Shown here one piece after another: positions 26,330 through 38,430 of a stretch of DNA of 64,000 nt. Every line of letters begins with the position of its first letter. The first letter of the stretch is position 1. The stretch comes from Fimbriosthenelais zetlandica (lineage: Eukaryota), in contig OZ365117.1 in assembly GCA_977030845.1 (NCBI GenBank), positions 3,410,001-3,474,000 on the forward strand, written 5' to 3'. The notes beneath the pieces are model-generated. The model was given only the letters and a program-made list of their open reading frames with translations, had not been told where the DNA came from and ran no database searches. A program made the position numbers and the translations under genes.

Positions 26330-28309
26330 GGTGGAATCGATGAATAATCAATGAATATTCATCAGGGTTTTCTTCACTTTGTCTACTTGTATATGCCAAG
26401 CAAGTGTGGCACATGATTTCTTTATGCAACAAACCTTGTGTGAACTTGTACGATTCTTTCTCACTTTATATGGACATTTTTCATGAGGTGTTGAAAGGTA
26501 AAGCAGTTTTGTACACCAAATGTTATGTGACCTCCGGAAGAGACGCCGAATGTTGGTGATGATAAATAAAAGCGTCTCAAACTTAAAGGGTGGATCTTCA
26601 TTTAAGAGTGCCGAGGAATTATTAAGGCAGTGAAAGCCCGGAGTCCTGCTTGGCCAAAAATAGATGCGGCTGGCTCAAGATGCGGTTTTCCCAGACCGCA
26701 TCTATCAGAGGTGCTACGCTAAGTGGCTATTACCGGGCAAGATCAGCAGATTAAGGACAGGATTTACCAAAATGGTGGCTCTCCTCTAGAGAGCCATTGA
26801 CCAAGGGTGAAGAGATGTGGGACGGGCAAGATTTAATGGTAGTTGGCTTCAAATAACCCAGAAGAAATCTCTATAATACGGTATTGTAAACCTGGAAGGA
26901 TCAATCGCTGGGTGGACGGACTTTCCTCTTGAGGCATATAATGTTGAAATACTTGATAGGAAAAGTCAATCCCTTTAGGATTTTAAAGACATCATGATCA
27001 ATTTTTATGAATGAATTCAGATAAATAGCCTTATGAGAGAAATGGCCTATGGTAGCAGATAAATAAATATGTTTATGCTTATATGGTATTTGAATCCCTT
27101 GACATTTCTGGATTGAATCCCCTATTGCAAGATCTCTATGTTACCTAAATACCACAAATTTTATTCTGCAAGTTCAGCAGATATTGGATATGGGTTATTC
27201 AGTTGGAAGTGACTGTGTGATATATTGAAATCATCTCAGAATAGCTCACATCAAAAACAATTTCTCGGTAAGGCATTGAAATGTAATACTTCTGGTCGAT
27301 GCCACCTCAAGCAGACCACACCCACTTTTAACCAGCTATCTTTGGGAAACTTCAAGGACTTGTGTTTTATCTATTATAGTTAAAATAAAGCACTGTGAAA
27401 TTTTAAAAACCTATTACGGAGAAAGCGCTGGGTAATAGCTATGTCAATGGAGTTAATTGCTTTGCTATTATCTCCAGTTTTTTCTGGCATAAATCACAGG
27501 CATACTGAGCAAAGTTGGTGGCAAGATTCTGCAATGAAACTGTAACGCCTAAATTAAGTTAATAAAGTGTTGAGGTGACATTAGGTAGATTAAACTTCAC
27601 TGCTTTAATACAGTTTTATACGTAGGGGCAGCCTTTTTACTTGTTTAGTGGAAGTATTGTTAAATAAATAACCTGTCTGTGTGATAAATTAATACACAGC
27701 TTGAGGCGTTCATTATCATACAAAACGGAAGCCAGCCTGGGGCGATACATGGTGCATCTCACCTCACTCAGGGTTCACTGACTTTTTAATACATATAATG
27801 ATCATGTTTCAACTTTACCTGAATACACAATGACCACCACCCACTAAGATGATCATAGATCATCATATATAACTCATTAATACCACTCAGGTGGTCAAGT
27901 AGACTGGACATCAGGTGTGTGTATGATAATCACTCATTGTCCAGGTGAAGTGACCAACCTAAGACCGGTTATTTAATACTGGGTGGGACCATACTCCAAT
28001 GTATTTTGACATAAACACCCGAGGCAAATTGATACATTGAGATGCTATTGTATGCAGTTCCTCCGACATGTCTACTGTCTTAACACCCATCACCCATGAT
28101 GCCTGGGGGTAACCCATGATAAGCATATCTTAACCTCGATAATCTGATATTACATCATGATTAACTTAGTCCTTTAAAAAGTAATATCATTACTAAGGTT
28201 GACAGTATGGCTCCTAGCATGGATTAGGAAATGCGAGGTGATCAAGATGACATAAGCATGCCTGTTATTTTTCGACATATAAATGCCCTAGTACTTGTTA
28301 AAACATTCA

Positions 28310-28353
28310 CCTGGGGCCTGTTTCATAACCATTTTTATGAAACAAGTCCCTGG
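28310..28353. mobile_element. Collapsed MITE (TIRs only)
   Basis: CCTGGGGCCTGTTTCATAA-ccattt-TTATGAAACAAGTCCCTGG, 16/19 complementary. A related remnant, ttcaggggc...ttatgaaacaagcccctgaa, lies at 2376-2408. Confidence 0.45.
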
Positions 28354-30381
28354 GGCAACCAGCTCTCACCAGCCCACCCGACCCATCTCAACAAGATATC
28401 AGGGTTATCATGTACTCCAGGGATGAGCATGTATGGTAAGCCTCAACCCGCCTTATCTCCTGCCCACAACCTGCCCTCAGTTACCTATCACCTACTATCA
28501 ATCTAGGTTCATTGCCTCTCACTATTACATCACCCCGGGTGCATTTTTTTTTAGTTTCTGTAAAAAGATCTCGTTTTTTTTTGTCATATGTAAGGCCTTT
28601 ATTTTGGTTATATATAATAAACATTTTATTTTTGTCATATAATTAATAAAATAATTTAATTTTGGTTATATATTAATCAAATTAATTTAATTTTGGTCAT
28701 ATACATATCTATCAAGATTAATTATTTTCGGGGAGAAGAATTGTGAATTGAGGAGTAAGACAGTGACGACATGGTGAATATTGATCATGATAATTAAAGA
28801 CCATTATAACTCGGTCTACATACGTCTTCATCAAACCACCAAATGTAGCCATATTCCACCTGCCAGAGAGTCCAGAGATGGAAAACAATTTTTTCCTCCT
28901 TAGTCTGAGTTGAGAAGCGGGAGGATGAGTGGGGGATTAGAGACATGGGAGTCAGGCACATCATATATCATTAGCATGCTGTGTTGGTCATCCCAGTGAC
29001 CGGAGTAAAGGCCGGGGGATAGAGGGGATAGACGGGGATACTCCGCCAGATCGACATTTCCCAATCTCTTAATCACCGCTGAGCCTTCCAGCAGGCCCCA
29101 ATAAGCCCGCTTTACTTTTATCTGAAATACGAGCCAGGTTCAGGACCTCTTCTAGATTCCCAAAACACACCAGCAATGCCTCCTCCTATATAGTTCATCC
29201 TATTGTTGCTGCACCGTGCAACCCTTAAATAATTTAGAATTTATGTACTCATATAAAAATAGTATTATTCTTATAGAGAAGAGCCAAACAGAGCTAACCT
29301 TCTGAATGAATCTACAAACGAACGAACCAACAAACATCTAATATGGGCCATATCTCATATTACAAATGACATGATAAGTTCATTTATTAATCCCCCCGAG
29401 TCCCCCTGAACATGGCTAACCTTCTGCAGTAAATGTGGCTGATCTTTCCTCTTTGTCTAAGCTGTCATTTGATACTGGCACTGTGATTTGAGACCTATCA
29501 CAGGAGCTTTTATTTCACCTTTTATTTGTGGCCAACATCCATCTGGCTCCGGTCTGGGATTTAGTTCTGTCTCAAAAGGATCAGTCTCCGAACTTCATGA
29601 ATATTTAACTATTGTCAGAGGAGGGAAGTTCAGCTTTCACTAGCTGATTCTATAGGTCCATATATACTCAATGATCACATCACTGACGAAGTTCAGTTAC
29701 AGGCGGTTGGGATGTAACGGTTCATGTCTGCCCCTTGTTAAGGCGTCTGACTTCGTGTTGACCATCCACATTGAGATATCATCGTGTATACCTGCGGCAT
29801 CCCTTTCACATATCAATATTCGTATTTATGTTGTCAAAATGTTCCATAAAAAATTTATGCTTGGCGAAAGGCGGATTGAATAAAAGCTAATGATACATGC
29901 CTATATAAAAATCGAGATGTATAACAAATAATACGAGCCAAAGCACACCTCAAGTCTGTGGATTCTTTGGTCTTACATTTGATGATGATCACTCATAATA
30001 CTATGATCTGGATCTTATTCTGGTCTCAGTAGACCTCGCCTGCAGACGTCAGCAAGCGGATGACAGATGGGGAATCAGATTATGATTATCAAATCAAAGA
30101 TGACTGAAGTATGCCACTGAGCCATCAAGGTGAACCAAGCGAAGACATGCAGAGACGGTCAAACATACAGGGAAGGTATATTCCCATTCAAGCCGAATTG
30201 TAGGCAAGGTAGAGGAAGGAATTTGCTACAGTTTGGTAAAACAATCTTTTGAAAATTCCCAATTCAAAATTTTGGAGCTAGGAGCTATGGTACATAGCGA
30301 CGTCATCAGTTCCATAATTTGAATGCCCAGCTATATAGGGCATCAATGGTCATATGGGCAACAGCAGGAAGAAAATCCATT

Positions 30382-30424
30382 TTCTAGGTGTTGGGGTGTC
30401 TAATGTGCACCCCAACACCTAGAA
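30382..30424. repeat. Perfect 17-bp inverted repeat with a 9-nt loop
   Basis: TTCTAGGTGTTGGGGTG-tctaatgtg-CACCCCAACACCTAGAA. Confidence 0.9.
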
Positions 30425-32229
30425 CACTCCTGTTTCAATCATAATATGATGGAATATAATGTTCCCAAGTCATTGACATAGGATTGATGCCACAGGACTG
30501 AAGATTAATTCAATTACTTAAGGGGAAATTATCTGGAGTTCCCAGGGGAGATGGAGTACATGAATCAAGCAATGATTAAACAATGCTGTGAGAGACGGGG
30601 ACTGCTCAGTAAGTCAACTTCAAAGTGAATTCTCCTTCACTTCTCCTATGTAAGTACGAGGTACTGAGTGATTACCGCCTAGCCTCAATGCTGTAAGGTA
30701 AAAACCTTATGTTATGGATGGGAAAAATCATTAATCTTCCAGTTGATGATGAAAGACGGCTGAGGATCATATACTCGGGACCTTTAGCAATGCCAACAAA
30801 CATGTTTCTATTTACATACACTGCATTAGGCCTAGTGCTCCTAAGGGAAAGAAGGGAAGTCCTTATGAAAACTGTTGAAGCTATAGACTGGGGTTGGCCG
30901 CTGATGTTTAAGAAATAAACAAGATGCAGACAAAACAGTAAACTTAAAACTTTGACATTTCCCTTTGCAGGAACACTTGACTCTAGGCAAAGTGGTGTTC
31001 CTCAGCTTCACGCAATGCAACAAACAGGGCGTTCCCATGGTAGACAGAGCCAAAAGTCCTGATATCCCTGTATGTGGGTGAAGCAAGGTCCACCAGCCCT
31101 CTATTCAAGCCTCATCCATTGGTTCTCAGTCAACACAAGCTTCTCTTTTGTGCCTGGAATAGTTGACATCCTTTTACTGAGGAAGCTAAAGCGGTTTGGT
31201 ATCTCTCCACTGTTTAAAGACATCCATTTCCCAAATCAGCAACAAATGGGAAACTCTTACAGGGTCTTGTACGACAAATTCCCTATACATGAATCATGGA
31301 TGTCTCCTAATTGTGTTTGGGCTTTGGAAGTCGCGGATTCTTTCTACAGACTGGAGCAGGCCATGAATAATCTAGTTTGCTGATATTTTAGTGACAATTG
31401 GTGTGAAAGTAGCGAATAAAATCAAGAACATAACTATATACTTTCAAGTATAGCAGTATGAAAGTCGGTAGGCTCTTACTATTAAAATATTCAAATACAG
31501 TCCCAAGTGACCCAAGTGATACATGTACAAATAAAGAAATGACTAGAATCGAGCAAGTATCATGTTTTGAGGATGCATTAAAAACTGAATGGTAGTATGG
31601 CCATATATAGAGTAGGCATGTTGAGAACCAGATTCATTTTATTGTAGATGTGAGAGGGTCCTTTTGAGGAGAGTGGCTTCATCCACAGTCTTTGAAGGGA
31701 GAAATCGATGCTGTGTGTGGGATCCATGCCAAGTGTTGACTGGCATTTCCCTTTCATACCGAGATACTGGGTCCACTTCTCAAATACTATAAAACCTTCT
31801 CTGAGAAGATAAATTTCATGTTGGGGCCACAGGACATTAATTGTATCTCTTTTAAGTCAGTCGATCCTTCACCAATGTTTATGATATTAAATAAAGACCA
31901 AGTTCCCTGCATTGTCTCGAGGCATATTAGTCATGAGAGGCTTTGAATATGAAGGCCACAAAAATAGAGGGAGTGAGATATCGTGTGAGGTAAATGAATA
32001 GCTCTGCTTCCATGCTTCCATCGACAACATAAAAATCACATTCTTTTAGATTCATATTTCCCCGCTGATGCTCAGAAGAGTTAATTGAATAGAGCTATAT
32101 CAAAGCACAGCATGCAATGCCATGTCGTTGTTCTTTTCATTGGAGTTCAACATTGTTGCAACAGGCAATGTCTTATTGCAAAGATGAGCAATCTCGCTAT
32201 GAGTTCTATGGAATGTTTAGAAATTGATA

Positions 32230-32299
32230 TTTCGCTATTGAGACATCAGCCAGCTGTCATATGTAGTGAAATCAACTATCTAAGGTCAGAACTACCTAG
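32230..32299 (-). repeat. Dispersed repeat, copy 2
   Basis: Reverse complement of 5547-5616. Confidence 0.85.
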
Positions 32300-33247
32300 G
32301 ACAATAAGGCCCTAAACCAACAACGGGGACTGACACCAAGTGTTTTTGCCATAAATGACCAAACTAAAAGACACCCCGATCTCAGGTGGTTCTTGGTCCA
32401 TGTTGAAGTTCACCAGCTGTGGTCACAAAGATAAAAGAACATACATTGGACAGGTAGATTGAAGCATGTTATACCTCATGCTCACATGCGATTCACCTAA
32501 CATGGTGACTTTCATGTGAGTAACCCCATCCTAGTTACCTGATGGCAGGTATGTTTTATAAAGGTGGGTTTATATAAGTTACCTGTACCAGTGGCAAATA
32601 GGTTAATATAGTGACTAAAGGATTCACTTTAATAGGTGAACATATTCAACTGGTGCTTATACAGGCCACCATTGACCACTGTGAAGCAACCATAAGCCAT
32701 CAGCCCTAAAAGAAGTCTTGGGTGAAATTATCAAATGTGATATCAAAGTCATACAAATGATAAGTAAGACTGAACCTGAGTGAACAGTGATGAATTTACT
32801 GGTATATTCATGTCATATCTGGTGTGGGACTGTATCTAGGGCGATGAACGCCACCATGGTGCTTCGTTTTGTATGCTGTTTTCATGTAAACAAACACAAT
32901 TTCGCCCAACTTTTATCAGTCAATTCAGTGGGTTTTAAAGTCACTTTCAACAATAGAGGCCAATGTGCTCCAACAGTCGTGACCCGGTCATATATCGTTT
33001 TTGTATTCGGCCGAAACAATATTTGATGAATAAATTGGCTCAAATGATAACAATTCAATGATGAAGGTAAATCTAATGGGACGGAGAAAGCCCAGGAGGC
33101 ATAATACTGGTAGTATTAGCTACCTAGATCAACACTAATTCAATTCAGACAGCGACGTACATCATCAAAGCCAATCTAAATATGTTATACTATAGTAAAC
33201 AATTACTGTACATGTAATATTATTATTTTATCATATAGGAAGTTTAC

Positions 33248-33327
33248 CTGTAGGCGATGTACTGCATGTTCCCTCCTATAACTTAACATGGATTTACTCA
33301 CCTAAAAACAAAGAAAATAGGCATTAG
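33248..33327 (-). other. Candidate recursive splice site (AG|GT at 33302/33301) with a 54-nt RS-exon (33301-33248)
   Basis: Minus strand reads cactaat-gcctattttctttgtttttag|gtgagt: branch-point-like CTAAT, polypyrimidine tract, TAG, then immediately a consensus donor. A second donor CAG|GTAAAC follows 54 nt later. Confidence 0.55.
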
Positions 33328-35892
33328 TGAAAATAGTTAAAATTCAGACATATCTCAGTTTAAAAGATGACATTTTGAGGGGCATACATATTTTTGGATC
33401 TAGTGAGTTGTTAATACTGTTGGTTCTAGTTCTGTATTTATATTACTGCCTATGGTGCTTTGTATAAATGGAGTCAACCTTAAACTTGCTGGGGGCAAAG
33501 GGCTACACTAAAGCTGTATATGTAAGCATTGCGGGTAGAATTTAGTGTTGTACATATAGAATGTGATAATAATGGGTGATAGGCAGGCAGGGGAGCTCAT
33601 TTTCTACCTCAATTATTCATCATCACATACAATGTTAAGTTTCATTACAGCAGGCTTTGTTTGAGACTGATTGGAAGCAGCTGCTTCGTTGTTTCTTACA
33701 TGAAGCCCATCTTTTCAATTCACTTTTTTATCCATTACAATATATTCGCGGCTTCTGCTGAAGTCATAAATAAATCAAGTACTATACTATCGGGGAGTAT
33801 GTTTACGATAAAGTAAAAGTATCATCGAAGACCTTAAAAAAATTACAAAAAAAACGCAGCTCACTGCCGGGGTGTATTGGACCATCCAGACCCTCCACAA
33901 GGCTCATTGTGGTTTTCTGAACCAAGTCATCACGGCTAATATTTATCCACCAGTATCCTGAAACTATTATTATTATTAGCCTAAGGGTTACTTGAATTAT
34001 AAATGAATTGTGGCGTCTTCAAGATGGGTCATTTGTAACTGAAGATCTTGGTGGTACAGAGCCGTGAAACAACAAGGCCATGGGAAGAGACTATTACGGC
34101 AAAATATGCCATTAGAGCAAGTATTACCTGGGTACAATTGCCACTAGTCCATCTACAACAAGCTTTTAATGGTAATAGATCTCACTGCTTATTAGCTACT
34201 GTCACTTAGGTCAGCTTTAGGTGGACGTGACCTTTAAAACTCGGTTCCGACTACACAAACATTAAAATTGTCACTAAATTCTCCGGGAAATTTGAGAGTG
34301 ACAATTCTTCTTTGGTGAAATCAATGATTGTTTATATTATAGAATGACAGAAGGTTATGAGCTTGTCGTTGTAGATGACAATCTGACCAGTTGACAGGTT
34401 GTATGACAATCTGACCAGCTGACAGGTTGTGAGGACTGGGCAGTGATGGCCATTTACAGCATCATAAATCAGTATGTAGCCACATTGTAGGTGGACGCTG
34501 TCTCTGATGCAATATAGGCAATAACCATACTATTACTGACATTCTGTCAGGCTCCAGGCATCCCAACCACTGCAATATTATTTTATATTACATACCACAG
34601 GATTTACTAGAGATATAACCTTTATTTATGAACGACCTGACAGCAAATTTCTTGCGGGGATTTGTTGTAGGAGGCTTGTAGGTCTCGGTAAGGGTGAGGT
34701 AGCCCCAATCTGGATCCTTGTCACAGCCAAAACTGAAACTCATGTGTCTCTAATGCTTAATGTGCTGTCAAGATGGCCTAAAATGAAACAAATATATGCA
34801 TGATGCATATATCCACATTTGAATGGTCAAATCTCTTTGATCAAATCATTTTGATATTTCACAGGGGGGCCTAAATGTACCTACACATGTGCTAGTGTTC
34901 TGGCAAGGGCGTCCCTAATCAAAATCCCATACAACAGGGTGATTATGTCCACAGATATTGTAAAGAGGAGATGGCGGTTGCTACACGGCCGGGTTTTTCT
35001 ATTTGTAATGCTCAGTCTGCTGCATGGATGTGAATAAATCAGTGATTAGTGAGCACCAGCTGTATGGTTATATTGGATCCTGACTTACACTGTCACTCAC
35101 TACTTCCAACAAAGCACTTGAACAAATATTGAGATTGATATATACCAAGCATCGAACTAGCACAGTGGCACACATGTATTCAACAACCTACTCCAGGTTG
35201 TCTTAAAACTGTCAATAAATCAACGACAATACAATGCTTGGTTCTCATAAATTATCATAACAGAATAGTCGGTACATCAACCTCAAAGTATACAGTGTGG
35301 ATGTTATGATTAATAAACAAATATTTAGAAAGGTTACTCTGAGAGGCTAATTAGCCGGTCAAAGCCTCCGCTAAGGTGATGTTGAAATTTCACTCTGGCG
35401 ATATTTACAAATATTGGATGGTACATGTTAAAACCATGGCTTGTGACAATATAATTAACTTCAATTATCAGTAAATATCCTAATTAGTTTCATAAATAGT
35501 CCCTCTTCATTTCATCAAAGGCTTCCTGTTTCAAAGATGTGTAACAGTAGTCAATAGTAATGTAGTGCATCGATGATAAGTCCTTCTTTGCACCCACAAT
35601 GTCAATGATTTCTGACTTAATTACCATTTCTCATCTGTCCTTTGAGTTGATATTTTTACTGTTAATAGCAGGAGTTGAAAGGAAGCAGATAGTCCCTTAA
35701 TAAACTCATTAAGACCCTAGTTGAAGTGCTTGGCAGGAATAACCTCTACTGGCCATCATTAAGCTTGATGACGATCGACTTCTGATTATGTCAAATGCAA
35801 AAAATTACTTAGCTACAGAAGAAGTGATAGCTGAGTGGAAGGTGACGCTCCTTCACCTTATCACACGCTGTAACAACACAATTTATGTACAA

Positions 35893-35921
35893 GTAACCGT
35901 AGCAACAGTTGACATGGAAAC
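35893..35921. promoter_or_regulatory. Tandem RFX X-box pair in the intron 12-40 nt behind the PDE1C2-like exon
   Basis: GTAACC-GT-AGCAAC (35893-35906) fits GTNRCC(N0-3)RGYAAC exactly. GTTGACATGGAAAC (35908-35921) is one mismatch from GTTGCCATGGAAAC. The two are 1 nt apart. Confidence 0.55.
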
Positions 35922-35932
35922 AGTGCACTCAC

Positions 35933-36026
35933 CTATAGTGTAAGATGTTCCATCGAGTGTAAATGTGGCACTCTTACACTTCTTAAACTGTTTAATCTGT
36001 CTACCAAATGGTCTTACTCCCGCCAT
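35933..36026 (-). CDS. PDE1C: First coding exon of a Ca2+/calmodulin-dependent cyclic nucleotide phosphodiesterase (PDE1, PDE1C2-type N-terminus): MAGVRPFGSRLKQFKKCKSATFTLDGTSYTI(G)
   Basis: Read manually on the minus strand. Start context caagATGGCG, 31 codons + 1 nt, then a strong donor ATAG|GTGAGT (phase 1). FKKCKSATFTLDGTSYTI aligns with vertebrate PDE1C2 FKKCRSATFSIDGYSFTI as recalled from memory (not database-checked). Too short to appear in the ORF track. Confidence 0.75.
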
Positions 36027-37893
36027 CTTGTGTGTGTTTTTTTTTTAATCTATCAAGCTTTCCCTTCCCGCTCCTCTTGCCTTGTCAGGTGTGGTACACT
36101 TTCCAAGTCAGGTGTTGGTTTCCTAATCCCAGAGTAATTAAGCCCAGAGATTAATTAGTTCTTCATTATCTCACTAGGAATTAGTGTTCACTACCTCTCC
36201 ACTGCCCAGCTTCTGATTCAACAATATTCTATCATGTGCAGCAACACAGATGCTACTTGTTCAAAGTCCTTAACTTTATATTTTTTTTTGTCTTTTAATT
36301 AAAAACAAATCTCCGCTTTTCCTGATAATTTTTCGTCAAGTTACTTCTCTTATTCAATCTTTGTTCGTCAATCTGAGCGGAGATGTCTGTCATTTACACC
36401 AGGTTTATGATATCACGAGTATAGTTTCTTCTCACGTCTTCATCTTCCTTTTTCTTCTTCTTCTTCGTCTTAGTTTGATTACAATGGTTTAAATTGAACG
36501 AATCGATTATCTTTCTTAAAGTTTCTGTCAGTATTTCAGTAGACATTCAAATTAAGCTGTCACTTTCATATGTTATCCAGTACTTCTTACTCTGAACAGT
36601 GGTAGCTTTTAATCCAGTGTGTTCAGATTATCCTTGTCCTTTCCTTTTCTTGTCATGATGAACCTAACTCTTAGAACTTCATCCACTGCTGATATCAGCG
36701 TGTTAAACATCAAACAATATTTCAACTAATTTCCATAGGTTTCAAATGATAGTCCTGTTAGATGTCTGATGTAATCTCAACAGTGACAGAGATTCATCAC
36801 AATACTGGTCGAAAAGTTGGTCCTAGAAAGTCCCAGAAAAAACAGCAGCTGAAGATTACAGCAAGCAGCAAGCAAGTCCAGCACGGAGTGTATGAGTCCA
36901 AGTATAGGAGGGCTTATAGTCCTCACATCAAAAGTTCACCATGAGACTGGTGTGAACTACGTCATATTGCGCCCTGTACTCCTCAACATGTGTTTTGGTA
37001 TACACTCATCTATGTAGGCAGACGTTTGAACTATTTTTACCCATTAACCATGCTGGGGGGTAATGAATTCTTGATGTTTACCTGGACGCAGGTAAGAGAA
37101 AGACTGGGGGAGAGTTGAGTTGAATGCTGTAGTATGCTCCACCACCTACTCACTCACCTTCACCCGTGTCCATGAGGGCTAGACTTGTGGCTTCAGATTA
37201 ACTCAATGGTTTAATATTCATATTAAATGATGTATAGGACCCAGATGGTGTTTACCGGTACACCTGTTGACAGGTTCAGGTATCAGATCATCTAGAGTAT
37301 GGCAAATTATTCACTCAATCCACGGACTATTGATTAATAATAAATAGGATCACTATGTCCCACCTGTGCTTCTGATAATCCACCAGGGGTTATGATGACC
37401 CTGGGGGGTATTGAAGCTCAATGTCCAGCTCTACTCCACAGATACAGGGTCAGAAGATGGGTCATTTAAAGGGTCAGTGAAGTCCGAGAGAGGTAGTGAG
37501 AAATCCAGAAGGTAACAAGAGTTGAGTAGTTGGGGGCATTAGTGTGTATAGTTAATCATACATACACCCATCATGGATATGTAAACAAGGTTAGCGGTGA
37601 TGGGAGTATAGGCTGTGGTACTGGTGGGTGGGTGGGGCATATAGGTACAGAGACTAATAACTTACAACTCACTAAGTCTGACGGAGGTCAGTGTTATGGA
37701 GACAGAGTGAGCTGCTCGTGAGTTTAGATATAGAGCCATTAAGAGTGATTGAGAGAGCTGGTCGTTATAGATTGAGTTGTGTCAATGGCTCAGTGTGGAG
37801 GTGACACAGGTGAGGTGGAGTAGTGGAAGCTACAGGTGTTAGTAGATGTGTGTGGATTATCATAGGGTGTGTGCTAGCAGCATCATGACCAGG

Positions 37894-38067
37894 CAGTCAG
37901 GCACCAGGCCATTCAGTCAGGCACCAGGTCATTCAGTCAGGCACCAGGTCATTCAGTCAGGCACCAGGTCATTCAGTCAGGCACCAGGCCATTCAGTCAG
38001 GCACCAGGTCATTCAGTCAGGCACCAGGCCATTCAGTCAGGCACCAGGCCACTCACTGAGGCACCAG
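37894..38067. repeat. Minisatellite, 20 bp x about 8.5
   Basis: Unit gcaccagg(c/t)cattcagtcag. It accounts for ORF 37846..38070. Confidence 0.95.
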
Positions 38068-38358
38068 TAGCATGATTTATAGACAATTGATTTTGATTAA
38101 AGATTAGGCTTGTTTTGACGACTGGAAAAACTCCATTTGAGTTTGTCGGGGTGCTGGGATTCACTTACATGATCTGGAAGCGTCAGGATTATAAAACAGA
38201 CACAGTAAACCAAAAACTGAGTGAATGGCGTGAGTATGAGCAAAATGAGGGAGTGGTGGAGCGTCAGGAGCGAGTAACTGCAGACTCTGTGGCGGTAAAT
38301 GTGATTGAGGTAGTTAGTGAGTCCAGACTGATGAGCGATTCACTGCGTGTGTGAATGA

Positions 38359-38430
38359 ATGAGTAATATAAAGGAGAGGTAGTGAATTTAATGAGTAATA
38401 TAAAGGAGAGGTAGTGAATTTAATGAGTAA
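38359..38430. repeat. Perfect 32-bp tandem duplication
   Basis: atgagtaatataaaggagaggtagtgaattta x2.2. Confidence 0.95.

Noticed and set aside
37846-38070. ORF with SGTRPFSQAPGHSVRHQVIQ repeats
   Set aside because: Translation of a 20-bp minisatellite whose period is not a multiple of 3.
38155-38200. Possible 5-nt microexon (ttccag|ATCAT|gtaagt, minus strand)
   Set aside because: The branch-like motif is too close to the AG, the donor context is weak, and there is no other support.
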